Source of the DNA: Alphaproteobacteria bacterium
GTDB taxonomy: Bacteria; Pseudomonadota; Alphaproteobacteria; MPNO01; UBA830
Assembly (NCBI GenBank): GCA_964291215.2
Contig: OZ219790.1
Coordinates: 1-64,000 of the forward strand
Direction: 5' to 3'
Length of the DNA stretch: 64,000 nt
In this document: piece after piece, positions 49,911 through 60,332 of the stretch
Layout of the letters: every line of letters starts with the position of its first letter
How positions within the stretch are numbered: the stretch's first letter is position 1
Notes under the pieces: model-generated
Told to the model about the DNA's origin: nothing
Seen by the model: only the letters and a program-made list of their open reading frames with translations
The model's database searches: none
Program-made: the position numbers and the translations under genes

Positions 49911-52900
49911 TTAAGCGGGCATCTCCGGCAGCGAACTCTCCGTCCCTATCGCTGCGAGTTCCGCGGCAAGATCGAGAACGCCTCCCAGACGATCTTGCGG
50001 CCGTGCCCACTCGGCGCGGTAGACCAGCGTATTGTCGGGCCGGATCCGACATCGTCCCTTCCCGTCGCTGACGAAGCCGAGCAGACCCTGGAGATTGGCG
50101 ACCGTATTGTCATGGAACGCGATTGTCGCTCCCTTGGGACCGGCGTCCAGCCTTTCGATGCCGGCGCGCCGGCAGGCCCGCTTGACGGCTACGACCTGAA
50201 GCAGGTTCTCGACCTCTTCGGGCAGGGCGCCGAAGCGGTCGATCAGTTCGGCCGCAAATCCCTCCTGCTCGCGAGCGTCGGCAATTCCGGCCATCCGCCG
50301 GTAGAGGCCGAGCCGCACGTCGAGATCCGCCACATATTGATCCGGTATGAGCACGGGAATACCGAGATTGATGGTCGGACTCCAGTCCCGGTCGGCGAAA
50401 TCGTCGCCTCCGCGAGCCGTCGCGACCGCCTCTTCCAGCATGTGCTGATAGAGCTCTACGCCGATTTCCCTGATGTGCCCCGATTGCTGGTCGCCGAGCA
50501 GGTTGCCGGCGCCGCGAATATCGAGATCGTAACTCGCAAGCCGGAAGCCTGCGCCGAGCGTATCGAGTGCCTGCATCGCTTCCAGGCGCTTCAGGGCGGC
50601 TTCTGTCAGCCTTCGCTTCGCCGGCAACAGCATGTAGCAATAGGCGCGAAGCCGGGAGCGTCCGATGCGGCCGCGCAGCTGATAGAGCTGGGCCAGCCCG
50701 TACATGTCCGCGCGATGGACGATCATCGTGTTGGCGGTCGGTATGTCGAGGCCCGATTCGACGATTTGGGTCGACAGGAGAAGGTTCACCGACTGGTCAT
50801 AGAAGGACGACATCACGTCTTCCAGCTGGTCAGACGGCATGCGCCCGTGGGCGATCGCGACATCGATTTCCGGCACCAGTTCCTTCAGTTCCGCCGCAAC
50901 CTCCTTCAGGTCCGATATCCGCGGGCAGACATAGAATGTCTGCCCGCCCCTGAAATGCTCGCGCATGATGGCTTCACGGATCATCACCGGGTCGTAGGGG
51001 GCGACGAAGGTACGGACGGCGAGCCGGTCGACGGGCGGCGTGCCGATGACGCTCATGTCACGGACCCCGGTCAGCGCCATCTGCAGGGTTCTCGGGATCG
51101 GCGTTGCCGAGAGCGTCAGCACGTGGACATTGGTCTTGAGGCGTTTCAGCGCCTCCTTCTGCCTGACCCCGAAGCGCTGTTCCTCGTCAACGACGATGAG
51201 ACCGAGATTGCGAAAACGAACAGAGTTCCCCAGGAGCGCGTGGGTGCCGATCACGACATCTATCCGACCATCCGCGAGGTCATGCCGGACCCCCCGCGCC
51301 TCCGGTTCGGCCATCAATCGGGAAAGCTGGGCGACGCTGATCGCCGTACCCTCGAAACGCTTGCTGAAGGTCGCGAAATGCTGGCGGCAGAGAAGCGTCG
51401 TCGGCGCGATGACCGCCACCTGCGCGCCGGACATCGCCGTCGCGAAGGCCGCCCGGAGCGCAACCTCGGTCTTGCCGAAGCCGACATCACCGCAGATCAC
51501 GCGGTCCATCGGCTTCCCGGAGCAGAGATCACCGAGCGCGTCTTCTATGGCCTCGATCTGGTCCTCGGTCTCGTCATAGGCGAAGCCTGCCGCGAACTGG
51601 CGGGTCATCTCGACGCCGGCGTCGAACACCGGAGCCGCCTTCACCGTCCGCTCTGCGGCGATCGTGATCAACTCGCCGGCAATTTCCCGCAAGCGTTCCT
51701 TCATCCTCGCCTTGCGCGCCTGCCAGGCCTGGCTTCCGAGGCGGTCGAGGGGCATCGTGGCATCGCCCGATCCGTATCGCGACAGCACGTCAATGTTCTC
51801 GACCGGAAGATAGAGCTTGGTGTTGCCGGCATAGGTAATGCGCAGGCAGTCATGAGGGGCGCCCGCGATGTCGAGGGTTTCCAGGCCCCCGTAACAGCCT
51901 ATGCCGTGCTCGATATGCACGACGAGATCGCCTTCCGAGATCTCGGAGATATCGGCGATGAACTGTTCCGTGCGCGCGCGCTTGCGGTCCGCACGCACGA
52001 TGCGTTCGCCAAGAACGTCCTGTTCGGTCAGCAGCGACAGCGCATCACCCCTGAAACCATGTTCGACGGGCAGCACCGTCAGCGCCACCGCTGCGGCCGG
52101 AAGGGCTGCAACTTCGCTCCAGCTGTCGACGCGGCAGAGGCCGCCGATTCCGCACTTCTCCAGGAGTTGGCCCAGGCGCTCGCAGGAACCCTGAGAAAGT
52201 CCCGCGATCACGAGCCGCCGCCCCTTCCTGATCTCGCGTTTCGCATAGGCGGCGAGCATGCCGTGCGGGCCGAGCCTTTCGGTGTCCGGTGCCGCCTGCG
52301 GCCCGTCCGCTCGGGCGAGGCTGAAGTCAGGCACGCGCAATCCACCGCAGGCAACGCTCTCCGTGTAGAGCGACATCGCAACCCCTTCCGGAGCGTTCAG
52401 CGGGCTGAACTGGCCGACCATGCGATCGGCAAGCACCCGCTCGAACTCGGCTGCGTCGAGATGAAGCAATTCGGGCCGCAACGGACGGTAGGGGGCGGTT
52501 TCCGCCATCACCCGTGAGGTTCGCGATTCGAGATAGGTCATCCGCGCGTCGAAATACTCGGTGATCGTTTCGAGCCTGGTATCCCGCAGCTGTTCGGTCT
52601 CATGGTCGAGCGTGACGGAGGCATCGGGGAGGTAGTCGAACAGTGTTTCCAGCCGCGTATGGAACAGCGGCAGCCAGTGTTCGATCCCGATCTGCCGCCG
52701 CCCCTCGCTGACGGCGACATAGAGCGGATCGTCGGCCACGTCGCCGAAACAGTCCCGGTATCCCGCGCGGAAACGCTGGATCGCCTCGGGATCCAGAAGC
52801 ACTTCGCTTGCGGGCCGGAGGTCCAAGCCGTCAAGGGCTGCGCCCGTGGTTCGTTGCGAGTGCGCGTCAAATGCGCGAATGGCCTGAAGATCGTCGCCGA

Positions 52901-53468
52901 AGAAGTCGAGCCGGAGCGGCAAATCCGCGCCCGGTGGAAATAGGTCGACAATGCCGCCGCGCACGGCAAACTCGCCGGGTTCGCGCACCGTTCCGGCACG
53001 CTCGAAGCCATTGCGCGCGAAGAAACTGTAGAGATCATCGTGCGCGACCGGAGTTCCGGTTTGCAGCTGCATCACCGAACCGTCGATCGTCTCGCGTGCG
53101 GGAAGGCGCTGCAGGATTGCATTTACCGAGGTGATGACCACCAGCGGTCGCGCCGGCACCGGGCGGGGGGCGGCGAGCGCCGCAAGCGTGGCGATGCGAC
53201 GCGCCACGACCTCCCGGTTCGGCGACACGCGGTCATAGGGGAGACAGTCCCACGCCGGAAAGAGCAGCACGTCAATATCCGGCGCAAAGAAGCGAAGCGC
53301 CACGGCCAGTGCATCCATGCGCCCGGCATCGCGCGCGATGTGGAGGTGGCGCCGGTGGCCGCCGACTTCCGCAAGCCGCTCCGCAAGCACCACGGCATCG
53401 TAACCCTCGGGCGCTCCGGCGAGCAGGAAGCGACCCCTCGCGGGAAAGAGTTCTCTGTTTTCAGGCAA
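49911..53468 (-). CDS. mfd: Transcription-repair coupling factor
   Basis: AWDCLPYD, GDVGFGKTEV, DEEQRFGV, ATPIPRT, QLRGRIGR. Confidence 0.97.
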   Translation of the reverse strand: MPENRELFPARGRFLLAGAPEGYDAVVLAERLAEVGGHRRHLHIARDAGRMDALAVALRFFAPDIDVLLFPAWDCLPYDRVSPNREVVARRIATLAALAAPRPVPARPLVVITSVNAILQRLPARETIDGSVMQLQTGTPVAHDDLYSFFARNGFERAGTVREPGEFAVRGGIVDLFPPGADLPLRLDFFGDDLQAIRAFDAHSQRTTGAALDGLDLRPASEVLLDPEAIQRFRAGYRDCFGDVADDPLYVAVSEGRRQIGIEHWLPLFHTRLETLFDYLPDASVTLDHETEQLRDTRLETITEYFDARMTYLESRTSRVMAETAPYRPLRPELLHLDAAEFERVLADRMVGQFSPLNAPEGVAMSLYTESVACGGLRVPDFSLARADGPQAAPDTERLGPHGMLAAYAKREIRKGRRLVIAGLSQGSCERLGQLLEKCGIGGLCRVDSWSEVAALPAAAVALTVLPVEHGFRGDALSLLTEQDVLGERIVRADRKRARTEQFIADISEISEGDLVVHIEHGIGCYGGLETLDIAGAPHDCLRITYAGNTKLYLPVENIDVLSRYGSGDATMPLDRLGSQAWQARKARMKERLREIAGELITIAAERTVKAAPVFDAGVEMTRQFAAGFAYDETEDQIEAIEDALGDLCSGKPMDRVICGDVGFGKTEVALRAAFATAMSGAQVAVIAPTTLLCRQHFATFSKRFEGTAISVAQLSRLMAEPEARGVRHDLADGRIDVVIGTHALLGNSVRFRNLGLIVVDEEQRFGVRQKEALKRLKTNVHVLTLSATPIPRTLQMALTGVRDMSVIGTPPVDRLAVRTFVAPYDPVMIREAIMREHFRGGQTFYVCPRISDLKEVAAELKELVPEIDVAIAHGRMPSDQLEDVMSSFYDQSVNLLLSTQIVESGLDIPTANTMIVHRADMYGLAQLYQLRGRIGRSRLRAYCYMLLPAKRRLTEAALKRLEAMQALDTLGAGFRLASYDLDIRGAGNLLGDQQSGHIREIGVELYQHMLEEAVATARGGDDFADRDWSPTINLGIPVLIPDQYVADLDVRLGLYRRMAGIADAREQEGFAAELIDRFGALPEEVENLLQVVAVKRACRRAGIERLDAGPKGATIAFHDNTVANLQGLLGFVSDGKGRCRIRPDNTLVYRAEWARPQDRLGGVLDLAAELAAIGTESSLPEMPA

Positions 53469-53736
53469 TGTCTTGAAGGGTTTTTCTGAAGTTCTTCAGC
53501 ATGTGGAGGACATCATTGTCGAAACGCGGCGGTGGCGGTGCGATGTCGGCCACCCAGCCAAGCACATCCTGATCGTTCTGATCCAGCAGGGCCTCGAACC
53601 TGGCAAGCTGTTTGCCATTCATCCCGTCAAGGAAACCGGCAGCGAAGCCGCCAATGACCAGGTCGCTTTCCCTGGTGCCTCGCCTGAGGCTGCGGAACCG
53701 CAGCTTCCGGCGCAGCCTTTCAAGCGGTTCAGCCAT
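53461..53736 (-). CDS. sdhE: Succinate dehydrogenase assembly factor
   Basis: RRGTRESD motif; located between mfd and recG. Confidence 0.9.
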   Translation of the reverse strand: MAEPLERLRRKLRFRSLRRGTRESDLVIGGFAAGFLDGMNGKQLARFEALLDQNDQDVLGWVADIAPPPPRFDNDVLHMLKNFRKTLQDIA

Positions 53737-53856
53737 CGCCCCTCTGCCGGATTAGAAGCTATAATAGCAGGAAGGCCGGAAGCAGGGGAATCGTCGTTCT
53801 GCACCGGCGAGCGACGGGTTTCCGCGTCGATATCGCAACGGAATACCGGCCTTCGG

Positions 53857-55932
53857 ATGCGCCCTCAGATACTGTTTTCCTTGTTCAAGCCGGTCACCCG
53901 CCTCAAGGGGGTGGGGCCGCGTACTGCAAAACTTCTCGAAAACGTCGCCGGATCCCAGGTTCTCGACCTCCTCTGGCACCTGCCCGCCGGCATGGTCGAC
54001 CGCCGCCACGCTCCGCGCGTCGCAGACGCCGCACCCGGCACGGTGACAACGCTCACCGTTGTCGTCGGCGCCCACCAGCCGCCGCGCGAACGCCACCTGC
54101 CGTACCTGATCGACTGCCGCGACGATAGCGGTGAACTGGTGCTCGTGTTCTTCAACGGTCGGGACAGGCATCTGCTGGAGGAGCTGCCCCCGGGCGAGGT
54201 CCGGGTGGTCAGCGGAAAGATCGAGTCCTTCCGCGGCAAGCTCCAGATGACCCATCCGGACCGTATCGGAACCTTCGGGGAACTCGAGAGCATCCGCCGG
54301 ATCGAGCCCGTCTATCCGATGACAGCGGGCCTCGCGGCGGGTGTGTTGCGCCGCGCCCTCGATGCCGCGCTCGCAGAGGCACCGGATCTGCCCGAATGGC
54401 ACGATGCAGCATGGAAGAAACAGCGCCGATGGCCAGCTTGGAGGGAGGCGCTCAGGATAGCGCATGAACCGCGGACGGAAAGCGATCTCGCTCCGGACGG
54501 TGCGGTGCGGGAACGTCTTGCCTATGACGAACTTCTTGCCAACCAGCTCGCCCTGCTGCTCGTGCGCGCGCGCCAGCGGCCGGGGCGGAGGATTGCGGGC
54601 GACGGTTCGCTGCGCCGCCGCCTGATCGCGGAACTTCCTTTCAGACTTACCCCGTCCCAGGAGCAGGCGATCGGCGAGATCGGCGACGACATGGCGTCCG
54701 GCGCGCGCATGCTCCGTCTGCTGCAAGGCGACGTCGGTAGCGGAAAGACCCTGGTTGCCCTGATCGCCATGTTGGCTGCGGTGGAAGAGGGCGTCCAGGC
54801 CGCTCTCATGGTACCGACGGAACTCCTTGCCCGTCAGCACCATGCCACCATCGCCCCGCTGCTCGAGCCGCTCGATGTTCCCGCCGTGCTGCTGGCGGGA
54901 CGGAACGCCGGCGTTGGGAACGAGAAGATGCGTATAGCACTCTCTTCCGGCGCCTCGAAGATTACGATCGGAACCCATGCGTTGATCCAGAAGAGCGTGA
55001 GCTTTCACGATCTCGCGCTTGTCGTCGTCGACGAGCAACACCGCTTCGGCGTGCACCAGAGGCTTGCGCTTGCCGACAAGGGCACCGCCCCCGATGTCCT
55101 GGTGGTCACTGCGACACCGATTCCGCGAAGCCTTCTCATGACGGCCTATGGCGACTTGGCGGTTTCCCGGCTGACCGAGAAACCGGCTGGACGCCGGCGC
55201 GTCGAGACACGTGTCCTGCCGCTGTCGCGCCTTGATGGCGTGATCGCGCGTCTCGGAGACGCCATCGCCCGCGGAACCCGCGCCTATTGGGTCTGCCCAC
55301 TGGTTGAAGCCTCCGAGAAGACGGACCTTGCGGCAGCCACCGAACGACATGCGGCGCTCGCGAAACGCTTGGGCGCGCGCGTCGGCCTCCTCCATGGCCG
55401 CCTCGACAGCGTGCAGAAGGAGGCCGTGATGGCCGAGTTCGCGGCCGGCAGGATCGATATCCTGGTCTCGACAACCGTGATCGAGGTCGGCATAGACATT
55501 CCCGAGGCGACGATCATGGTCATCGAACACGCCGAGCGTTTCGGCCTCGCGCAGTTGCACCAGCTGCGGGGAAGGGTAGGGCGTGGCGAGGCCGGATCGA
55601 CATGCCTCCTCCTCTATGGCCGGTCGCCGGGACGCATGGCCGAGGCCCGTCTTCGCACGCTTCGGGACATCGATGACGGCCTTGTGATCGCGGAGAAGGA
55701 CCTTGCGTTGAGGGGCGCCGGCGAGGTGCTCGGAAACCGCCAGAGCGGGCTCCCCCGTTTCCGCATCGCCGATCCCGCCGTCCACGGCGACCTGGTCGCC
55801 GCTGCCCGTGATGACGCGCGCCTGATTCTTGAACGCGACCCGGAACTGGATTCCGAAAGGGGCCAGGCGCTGCGCATCCTGCTCTATCTCTTTGAGCGGG
55901 ATGCTGTCGTGAAGAACGTGCTTTCGGGATGA
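53857..55932 (+). CDS. recG: ATP-dependent DNA helicase RecG
   Basis: QGDVGSGKT, DEQHRFGV, ATPIPR, QLHQLRGRVGRG. Confidence 0.96.
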   Translation: MRPQILFSLFKPVTRLKGVGPRTAKLLENVAGSQVLDLLWHLPAGMVDRRHAPRVADAAPGTVTTLTVVVGAHQPPRERHLPYLIDCRDDSGELVLVFFNGRDRHLLEELPPGEVRVVSGKIESFRGKLQMTHPDRIGTFGELESIRRIEPVYPMTAGLAAGVLRRALDAALAEAPDLPEWHDAAWKKQRRWPAWREALRIAHEPRTESDLAPDGAVRERLAYDELLANQLALLLVRARQRPGRRIAGDGSLRRRLIAELPFRLTPSQEQAIGEIGDDMASGARMLRLLQGDVGSGKTLVALIAMLAAVEEGVQAALMVPTELLARQHHATIAPLLEPLDVPAVLLAGRNAGVGNEKMRIALSSGASKITIGTHALIQKSVSFHDLALVVVDEQHRFGVHQRLALADKGTAPDVLVVTATPIPRSLLMTAYGDLAVSRLTEKPAGRRRVETRVLPLSRLDGVIARLGDAIARGTRAYWVCPLVEASEKTDLAAATERHAALAKRLGARVGLLHGRLDSVQKEAVMAEFAAGRIDILVSTTVIEVGIDIPEATIMVIEHAERFGLAQLHQLRGRVGRGEAGSTCLLLYGRSPGRMAEARLRTLRDIDDGLVIAEKDLALRGAGEVLGNRQSGLPRFRIADPAVHGDLVAAARDDARLILERDPELDSERGQALRILLYLFERDAVVKNVLSG

Positions 55933-56723
55933 ATTGCCCGGTCAGGCCGCTTTTCCCGGGGATCACCGCCATCCTCGATGCTCGGCCTGGCATCTGCGGT
56001 CACGATCGTCTTCAGGTCTCCCGATGCAGCGGCAACTCTCTTGACTTCCTTGACTTCCCGAGAACGGCGGTCGGGCGGGGTCACGATGCCGCCCGAAATC
56101 ACCATCTTGATGCCTTCCTCGACAGTCATATCGAGAACGACAAGCTCCCTTCGTGGCAGAAAGAGCAGATAACCCGAGGTCGGGTTCGGCGTCGTCGGCA
56201 GAAATACGTTCACAACATCGTCTTCGGTCAGGTTCTGCACCTCTCCCTCGGTCTGCCCGGTGATGAAGCCGAGGGCCCAACTGCCGCGCCGCGGATATTC
56301 GAACAGCACAACCTGCCGAAAGGCGTTCGATTGCTGTTGCAGGATTGTCTCGATGATCTGCTTTATTGCGCCGTAGATGTTGCGGACGACCGGCATCCGG
56401 GCGAGGACGGATTCGCTGATTCTCGTCCACAGACGTCCGAGCAGGCCGGCGGTGGCCCAGCCAACAAAGGTCAGGAAGAGGATTACGATGACGAGACCCA
56501 GCCCCGGAATGGCGAAGGGCAGGTAGTTTTCCGGGTTGTAGGCGTCGGGCAGCAGTGGCGTGATTTTCGAATCGACCCAGCGGATCAGCAGCCACGAGAT
56601 GTAGAACGTGATTACGATCGGCGCGGTGACGAGCACCCCGGCAAGAAAGTACCCGCGCAAGTGGCCGCCGAAATGGCCCCTTCTATGGTGACCGCCGTCC
56701 CGGTGTTGCGGCTGATCGCTCAT
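55884..56723 (-). CDS. DUF502 membrane protein
   Basis: GYFLAG, EYPRRG, PTTPNPTSG. Confidence 0.9.
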   Translation of the reverse strand: MSDQPQHRDGGHHRRGHFGGHLRGYFLAGVLVTAPIVITFYISWLLIRWVDSKITPLLPDAYNPENYLPFAIPGLGLVIVILFLTFVGWATAGLLGRLWTRISESVLARMPVVRNIYGAIKQIIETILQQQSNAFRQVVLFEYPRRGSWALGFITGQTEGEVQNLTEDDVVNVFLPTTPNPTSGYLLFLPRRELVVLDMTVEEGIKMVISGGIVTPPDRRSREVKEVKRVAAASGDLKTIVTADARPSIEDGGDPREKRPDRAIHPESTFFTTASRSKR

Positions 56724-56780
56724 CTGGCTTCCCTTCCTCCGACCGCCTCCTCCGGGGGAGAGGCCGGGCAGGCCCCGAGA

Positions 56781-57428
56781 TTATTCGGCGCTCGCAGTCA
56801 GCGCGTCACGGTTGGCGAGGTCGAACAGCTTGGCGATGACTTCCGGTGCCTGGGCCCCCGAAATAGCATATCTGCGGTTGATGATGAAACTCGGTACGCC
56901 GTTGATCCCGAGTCTTCGCGCCAGGTCATCCTCGGCGACAATCTTGTCACTGTCGCGGCCGCTTTCGAGGAATTCCAGAACCTCTTCGCGGTCGAGGCCC
57001 GCGCTTTCTCCGATCCCGGCGAGCTCGGCCCTGTCGCCGATGTCCCGCCCGACTGAGAAATAGGCATGGAACAGCGCCTCGACAACCCGCGTCTGCAGGT
57101 CGAAAGCGGCGGCGAACCGAATGAGACGATGTGAATTCAATGTGTTTGGAATTCTGTTTATACGATTGAAATGGAATTCTATTCCTTCTTTATGCCCGGC
57201 CTCTTCGAGGGTCTGGAAAAGCGGGCGGGCCTTGTCCTTGCTGCCGAATTTGCAGACCGTGTAGAGATCTCGCTCCATGCCGGCCTCCGACATGTCCGGA
57301 TTGAGCTGGAAGGCCCGCCACCCGACCCGAAGATCATCCTGCGGGGACAGTTCGAGCGCGCGGCTGAAGCGCCGCTTGCCCACGTAACACCACGGGCAGA
57401 TGGTATCGATGACGATGTCGACGATCAT
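56781..57428 (-). CDS. DsbA/FrnE family oxidoreductase
   Basis: DTICPWCYVG, FQLNP, GVPSF, SGAQ. Confidence 0.9.
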   Translation of the reverse strand: MIVDIVIDTICPWCYVGKRRFSRALELSPQDDLRVGWRAFQLNPDMSEAGMERDLYTVCKFGSKDKARPLFQTLEEAGHKEGIEFHFNRINRIPNTLNSHRLIRFAAAFDLQTRVVEALFHAYFSVGRDIGDRAELAGIGESAGLDREEVLEFLESGRDSDKIVAEDDLARRLGINGVPSFIINRRYAISGAQAPEVIAKLFDLANRDALTASAE

Positions 57429-57444
57429 CCCCGCCTCGCAGCTT

Positions 57445-58446
57445 TCATCGCCCTCCGGCGCCGTCCGGCGTACTGGCCTCGAGGTAGTGAAGCCCGAACA
57501 GATTTTCGGAATCGGTCCAGCATTTGCGGAATGCGAACCCGGCGCGGGTGCAAAGCCGCCGGAACTGCTGAATTGTGAACTTGTACGAGTTCTCGGTATG
57601 TATGTATTCGCCGGCATTGAAGAAGAACTCATTCGGGCCCACGGACGCACTTTGGTCGCGCTTGCTGATCAAACGCATTTCTATCTTGCCGTCCTTTTCG
57701 AGATAAGGGGCGTGATGGTCGAAACCGTCGACATCAAAGCTGCCGTCAAGTTCAGCGTTGATGCGATTGAGCAGGTTGAGATTGAATTTGGCCGTGACGC
57801 CGTCGGTATCGTTGTAGGCCGCATAGAGCGTGTCCGGGTTCTTCTTGAGGTCGGTCCCGATCAGGAGGCCGCCGTCGCCCCCGAGCATCGTCCTGATGCG
57901 CCGCAGCAGGGCGAGTGATTCCTCCGGATGGAAATTGCCTATCGTCGAACCGGGAAAGAAAGCGACGCGCTGCGCCCCGGGCCGGTTTTCCGGATTGGGG
58001 ATGTCGAACTTGCGGGTGAAGTCCGCGCACACCGCAAGTACGGACACCTCTGGATAGTCGCGCGCCAGGGCTTCGGCGCTTTCGACAAGGAACTCTCTCG
58101 AGATGTCGACAGCTGTGTACTGCGCAAGGTCCGGGATGGCATCGAGCAGCATCCTGATCTTGATGCTCGCGCCGCTCCCAAGCTCGATGAGATGGGCTCC
58201 GGGGCCGATCAGGCGGGAAATGTGTTCGGCATTGTCCCTGAGAAGCCCGATTTCAGTGCGGGTCGGATAGTAGGCGTCAAGCTCGCAGATCCGATCAAAA
58301 AGCCGCGAACCGCGTTCGTCGTAGAAGAACTTGCAGGGCAGGCTTTTGGGACTGTCGGAAAGGCCGGAGATCACCGCGGACTCGAAATCATCGATCCGGT
58401 GATCGCAATCAATGACCTGAACTGCACTTTGAGAATTGTTATACAA
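57445..58446 (-). CDS. egtD: L-histidine N-alpha-methyltransferase
   Basis: KFFYDERGS.LF..IC.L..YYPTRTE, ELGSG, GSTIGN, AYND, IHTENSYK. Confidence 0.92.
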   Translation of the reverse strand: MYNNSQSAVQVIDCDHRIDDFESAVISGLSDSPKSLPCKFFYDERGSRLFDRICELDAYYPTRTEIGLLRDNAEHISRLIGPGAHLIELGSGASIKIRMLLDAIPDLAQYTAVDISREFLVESAEALARDYPEVSVLAVCADFTRKFDIPNPENRPGAQRVAFFPGSTIGNFHPEESLALLRRIRTMLGGDGGLLIGTDLKKNPDTLYAAYNDTDGVTAKFNLNLLNRINAELDGSFDVDGFDHHAPYLEKDGKIEMRLISKRDQSASVGPNEFFFNAGEYIHTENSYKFTIQQFRRLCTRAGFAFRKCWTDSENLFGLHYLEASTPDGAGGR

Positions 58447-58619
58447 ACCGTTGTTTCCCTGATAGTTTCAACCTTTAGAGTGCCGAGTTTTCGATATGTC
58501 GAAGAGAGTGCGAACGCGGTTTCGCCGTTATCCCCTCCTGACGGGGCCGTGCTGCAGCAGCTTAGGCGGTAGCAAAAGACATGACAACCGCCCGCCTTGC
58601 AACAGGGCTTCTCCACGGC

Positions 58620-58775
58620 GAATGACCGCTGAACGGGGCACAAATTTCCGCATTCTTGCCAGGTTTTCCGGCTGCGGCGACCCGTGGACGGCCCCGCGGC
58701 CAGAAAACCCGGCAGGCTGTGCAACCTCGCTCCATCAGCAGTCGGCAAGATCGAATGCAGCGTGGGAAAGTCCTG
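58620..58775 (-). mobile_element. MITE copy 2 (156 bp, one TIR missing)
   Basis: Reverse complement of about 12509-12671; flanked by direct repeat CTCCACGGC at 58611-58619 and 58776-58784. Confidence 0.88.
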
Positions 58776-58933
58776 CTCCACGGCGAACCCGTAACTCTCT
58801 GGCACCGCAGTCGACAGCCTTTTTCGGGCCAATGAGGGTTTGTCCGTTGCCGCAAACGGTGCGCGCGTCCCGTGATCATGATGACGCGCGCGGTCTCCGG
58901 GCTCGTGGCCGACTTCCGGCCGGTTCTTTCGCC

Positions 58934-60160
58934 TCAGCCTCCGTATCTGCTGCGGGCGGTGACAAATGTCAGGCAGGCGGCGGCCACGAACAGGCCGCAG
59001 ATCCAGAACACCCAGCTGCCGTTGAACGTGTCCATGGCGAAGCCGAGAATCAGTGGAATGAGGGCGCCTCCCAGGTTCGAGCCGGTGGACGCGAAACCCA
59101 TGACCTTGCCCATGGAACCTGGCGGAGTTACGGAACGCAGCAGCAGATCCCGCGACGGGATCAGCAGCCCGATCAGGTATCCAGATGCTGCGAGGAGCAG
59201 GGCAAGGGCGATTCCGCTGACGTTCTGCCATCCCAGGAACCAGATGATCGCAGCCGCGGGCACCAGCGTCGCGAGCGCGGTGGTGATTCGCGGCCCGAAC
59301 CGGTCGGCCACGAAGCCGCCGGAGAGAATCCCGAGAACGGATCCGATGGTGAACGTGGTCAGTGCTGTCGCAGCAATGATTGCTGGCGTGCCGTAAAGAT
59401 CGCCGAGCGCCGCCACGAGGAAGCTCCGGATGCCCCCGTTTCCCATTTGGTGCAGCACGAAATAGAGGAAGCACATCAGCACGGGCACCGACAGGAGCAG
59501 GCGCAGACCGCTTGTCGTCGACATCTTCGGCGTCGGAGATTGGGTCGCGGCGTTATCGCCGGTATCGCTGTCGCGGAGCGCGGCACTCTGGGTGAGCAGG
59601 AAGAGCGCCGCCACGAGACCGATGATCCCGATCAGCAGAAAGGCCGCCCGCCAGTGCCACAGCGCGGCAATCCCGGTCATGAACACTGGCGCCACAGCGA
59701 AGCCGATGTAGCCGGTAGCCGAGTGAATGGAAAAGGCGCGGCCCATCCGGCTCTCGCTGACCCGTGACGACAGGATGGCGTAATCTGCGGGATGGAAGAC
59801 AGTGTGACCGATGCCGGCGAGGGCGGCGAGAACAAGGAGTTGCCAGTAGGCGGTCGCCAACCCGAACAGGCCGATCGCCACGGCCTCGAGCGCGAGTCCG
59901 CCGATCAGGACCGACCGCGCACCCACACGGTCGACAATGAAACCGACCGGCGTCTGCACGATGAAGGTGGCGGTCGCAAACACCGTGGTCACGAGGGCGA
60001 TCCTCGTATAGGCGAGATCGCCGGACAGGCCGAACGCCTGAATCAGAATCAGGTACATTGGCGGGATCACCTGCCAGTAGGCATGACTCATCAGGTGCGG
60101 AAAACACACCAGGCTGATAATCCGTGCATCGCGGCCGAAGGCACCCGAAATCTGCGTCAA
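58934..60160 (-). CDS. MFS transporter
   Basis: GFIVDRVGAR, FHP, GFVADRFG; about 12 hydrophobic segments. Confidence 0.88.
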   Translation of the reverse strand: MTQISGAFGRDARIISLVCFPHLMSHAYWQVIPPMYLILIQAFGLSGDLAYTRIALVTTVFATATFIVQTPVGFIVDRVGARSVLIGGLALEAVAIGLFGLATAYWQLLVLAALAGIGHTVFHPADYAILSSRVSESRMGRAFSIHSATGYIGFAVAPVFMTGIAALWHWRAAFLLIGIIGLVAALFLLTQSAALRDSDTGDNAATQSPTPKMSTTSGLRLLLSVPVLMCFLYFVLHQMGNGGIRSFLVAALGDLYGTPAIIAATALTTFTIGSVLGILSGGFVADRFGPRITTALATLVPAAAIIWFLGWQNVSGIALALLLAASGYLIGLLIPSRDLLLRSVTPPGSMGKVMGFASTGSNLGGALIPLILGFAMDTFNGSWVFWICGLFVAAACLTFVTARSRYGG

Positions 60161-60332
60161 CTGCTTACCTTTCCGTCTGTGCTGACAGGATAACCGGAAC
60201 CGTCAAAAGCCCGCAATGCGCGTTTCGCTGTCTTGCCCGGGCAGTGCGGTATTTCCCGGCTGCCGTTTGCAGTGTAATTTGTTCGCGCACGGATCGAACT
60301 CGGGAACCGCGGGTCACAAAGGGGATAACACC

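Noticed and set aside
49215-52517. 1100-aa plus-strand ORF
   Set aside because: Antisense to mfd; expected in high-GC DNA
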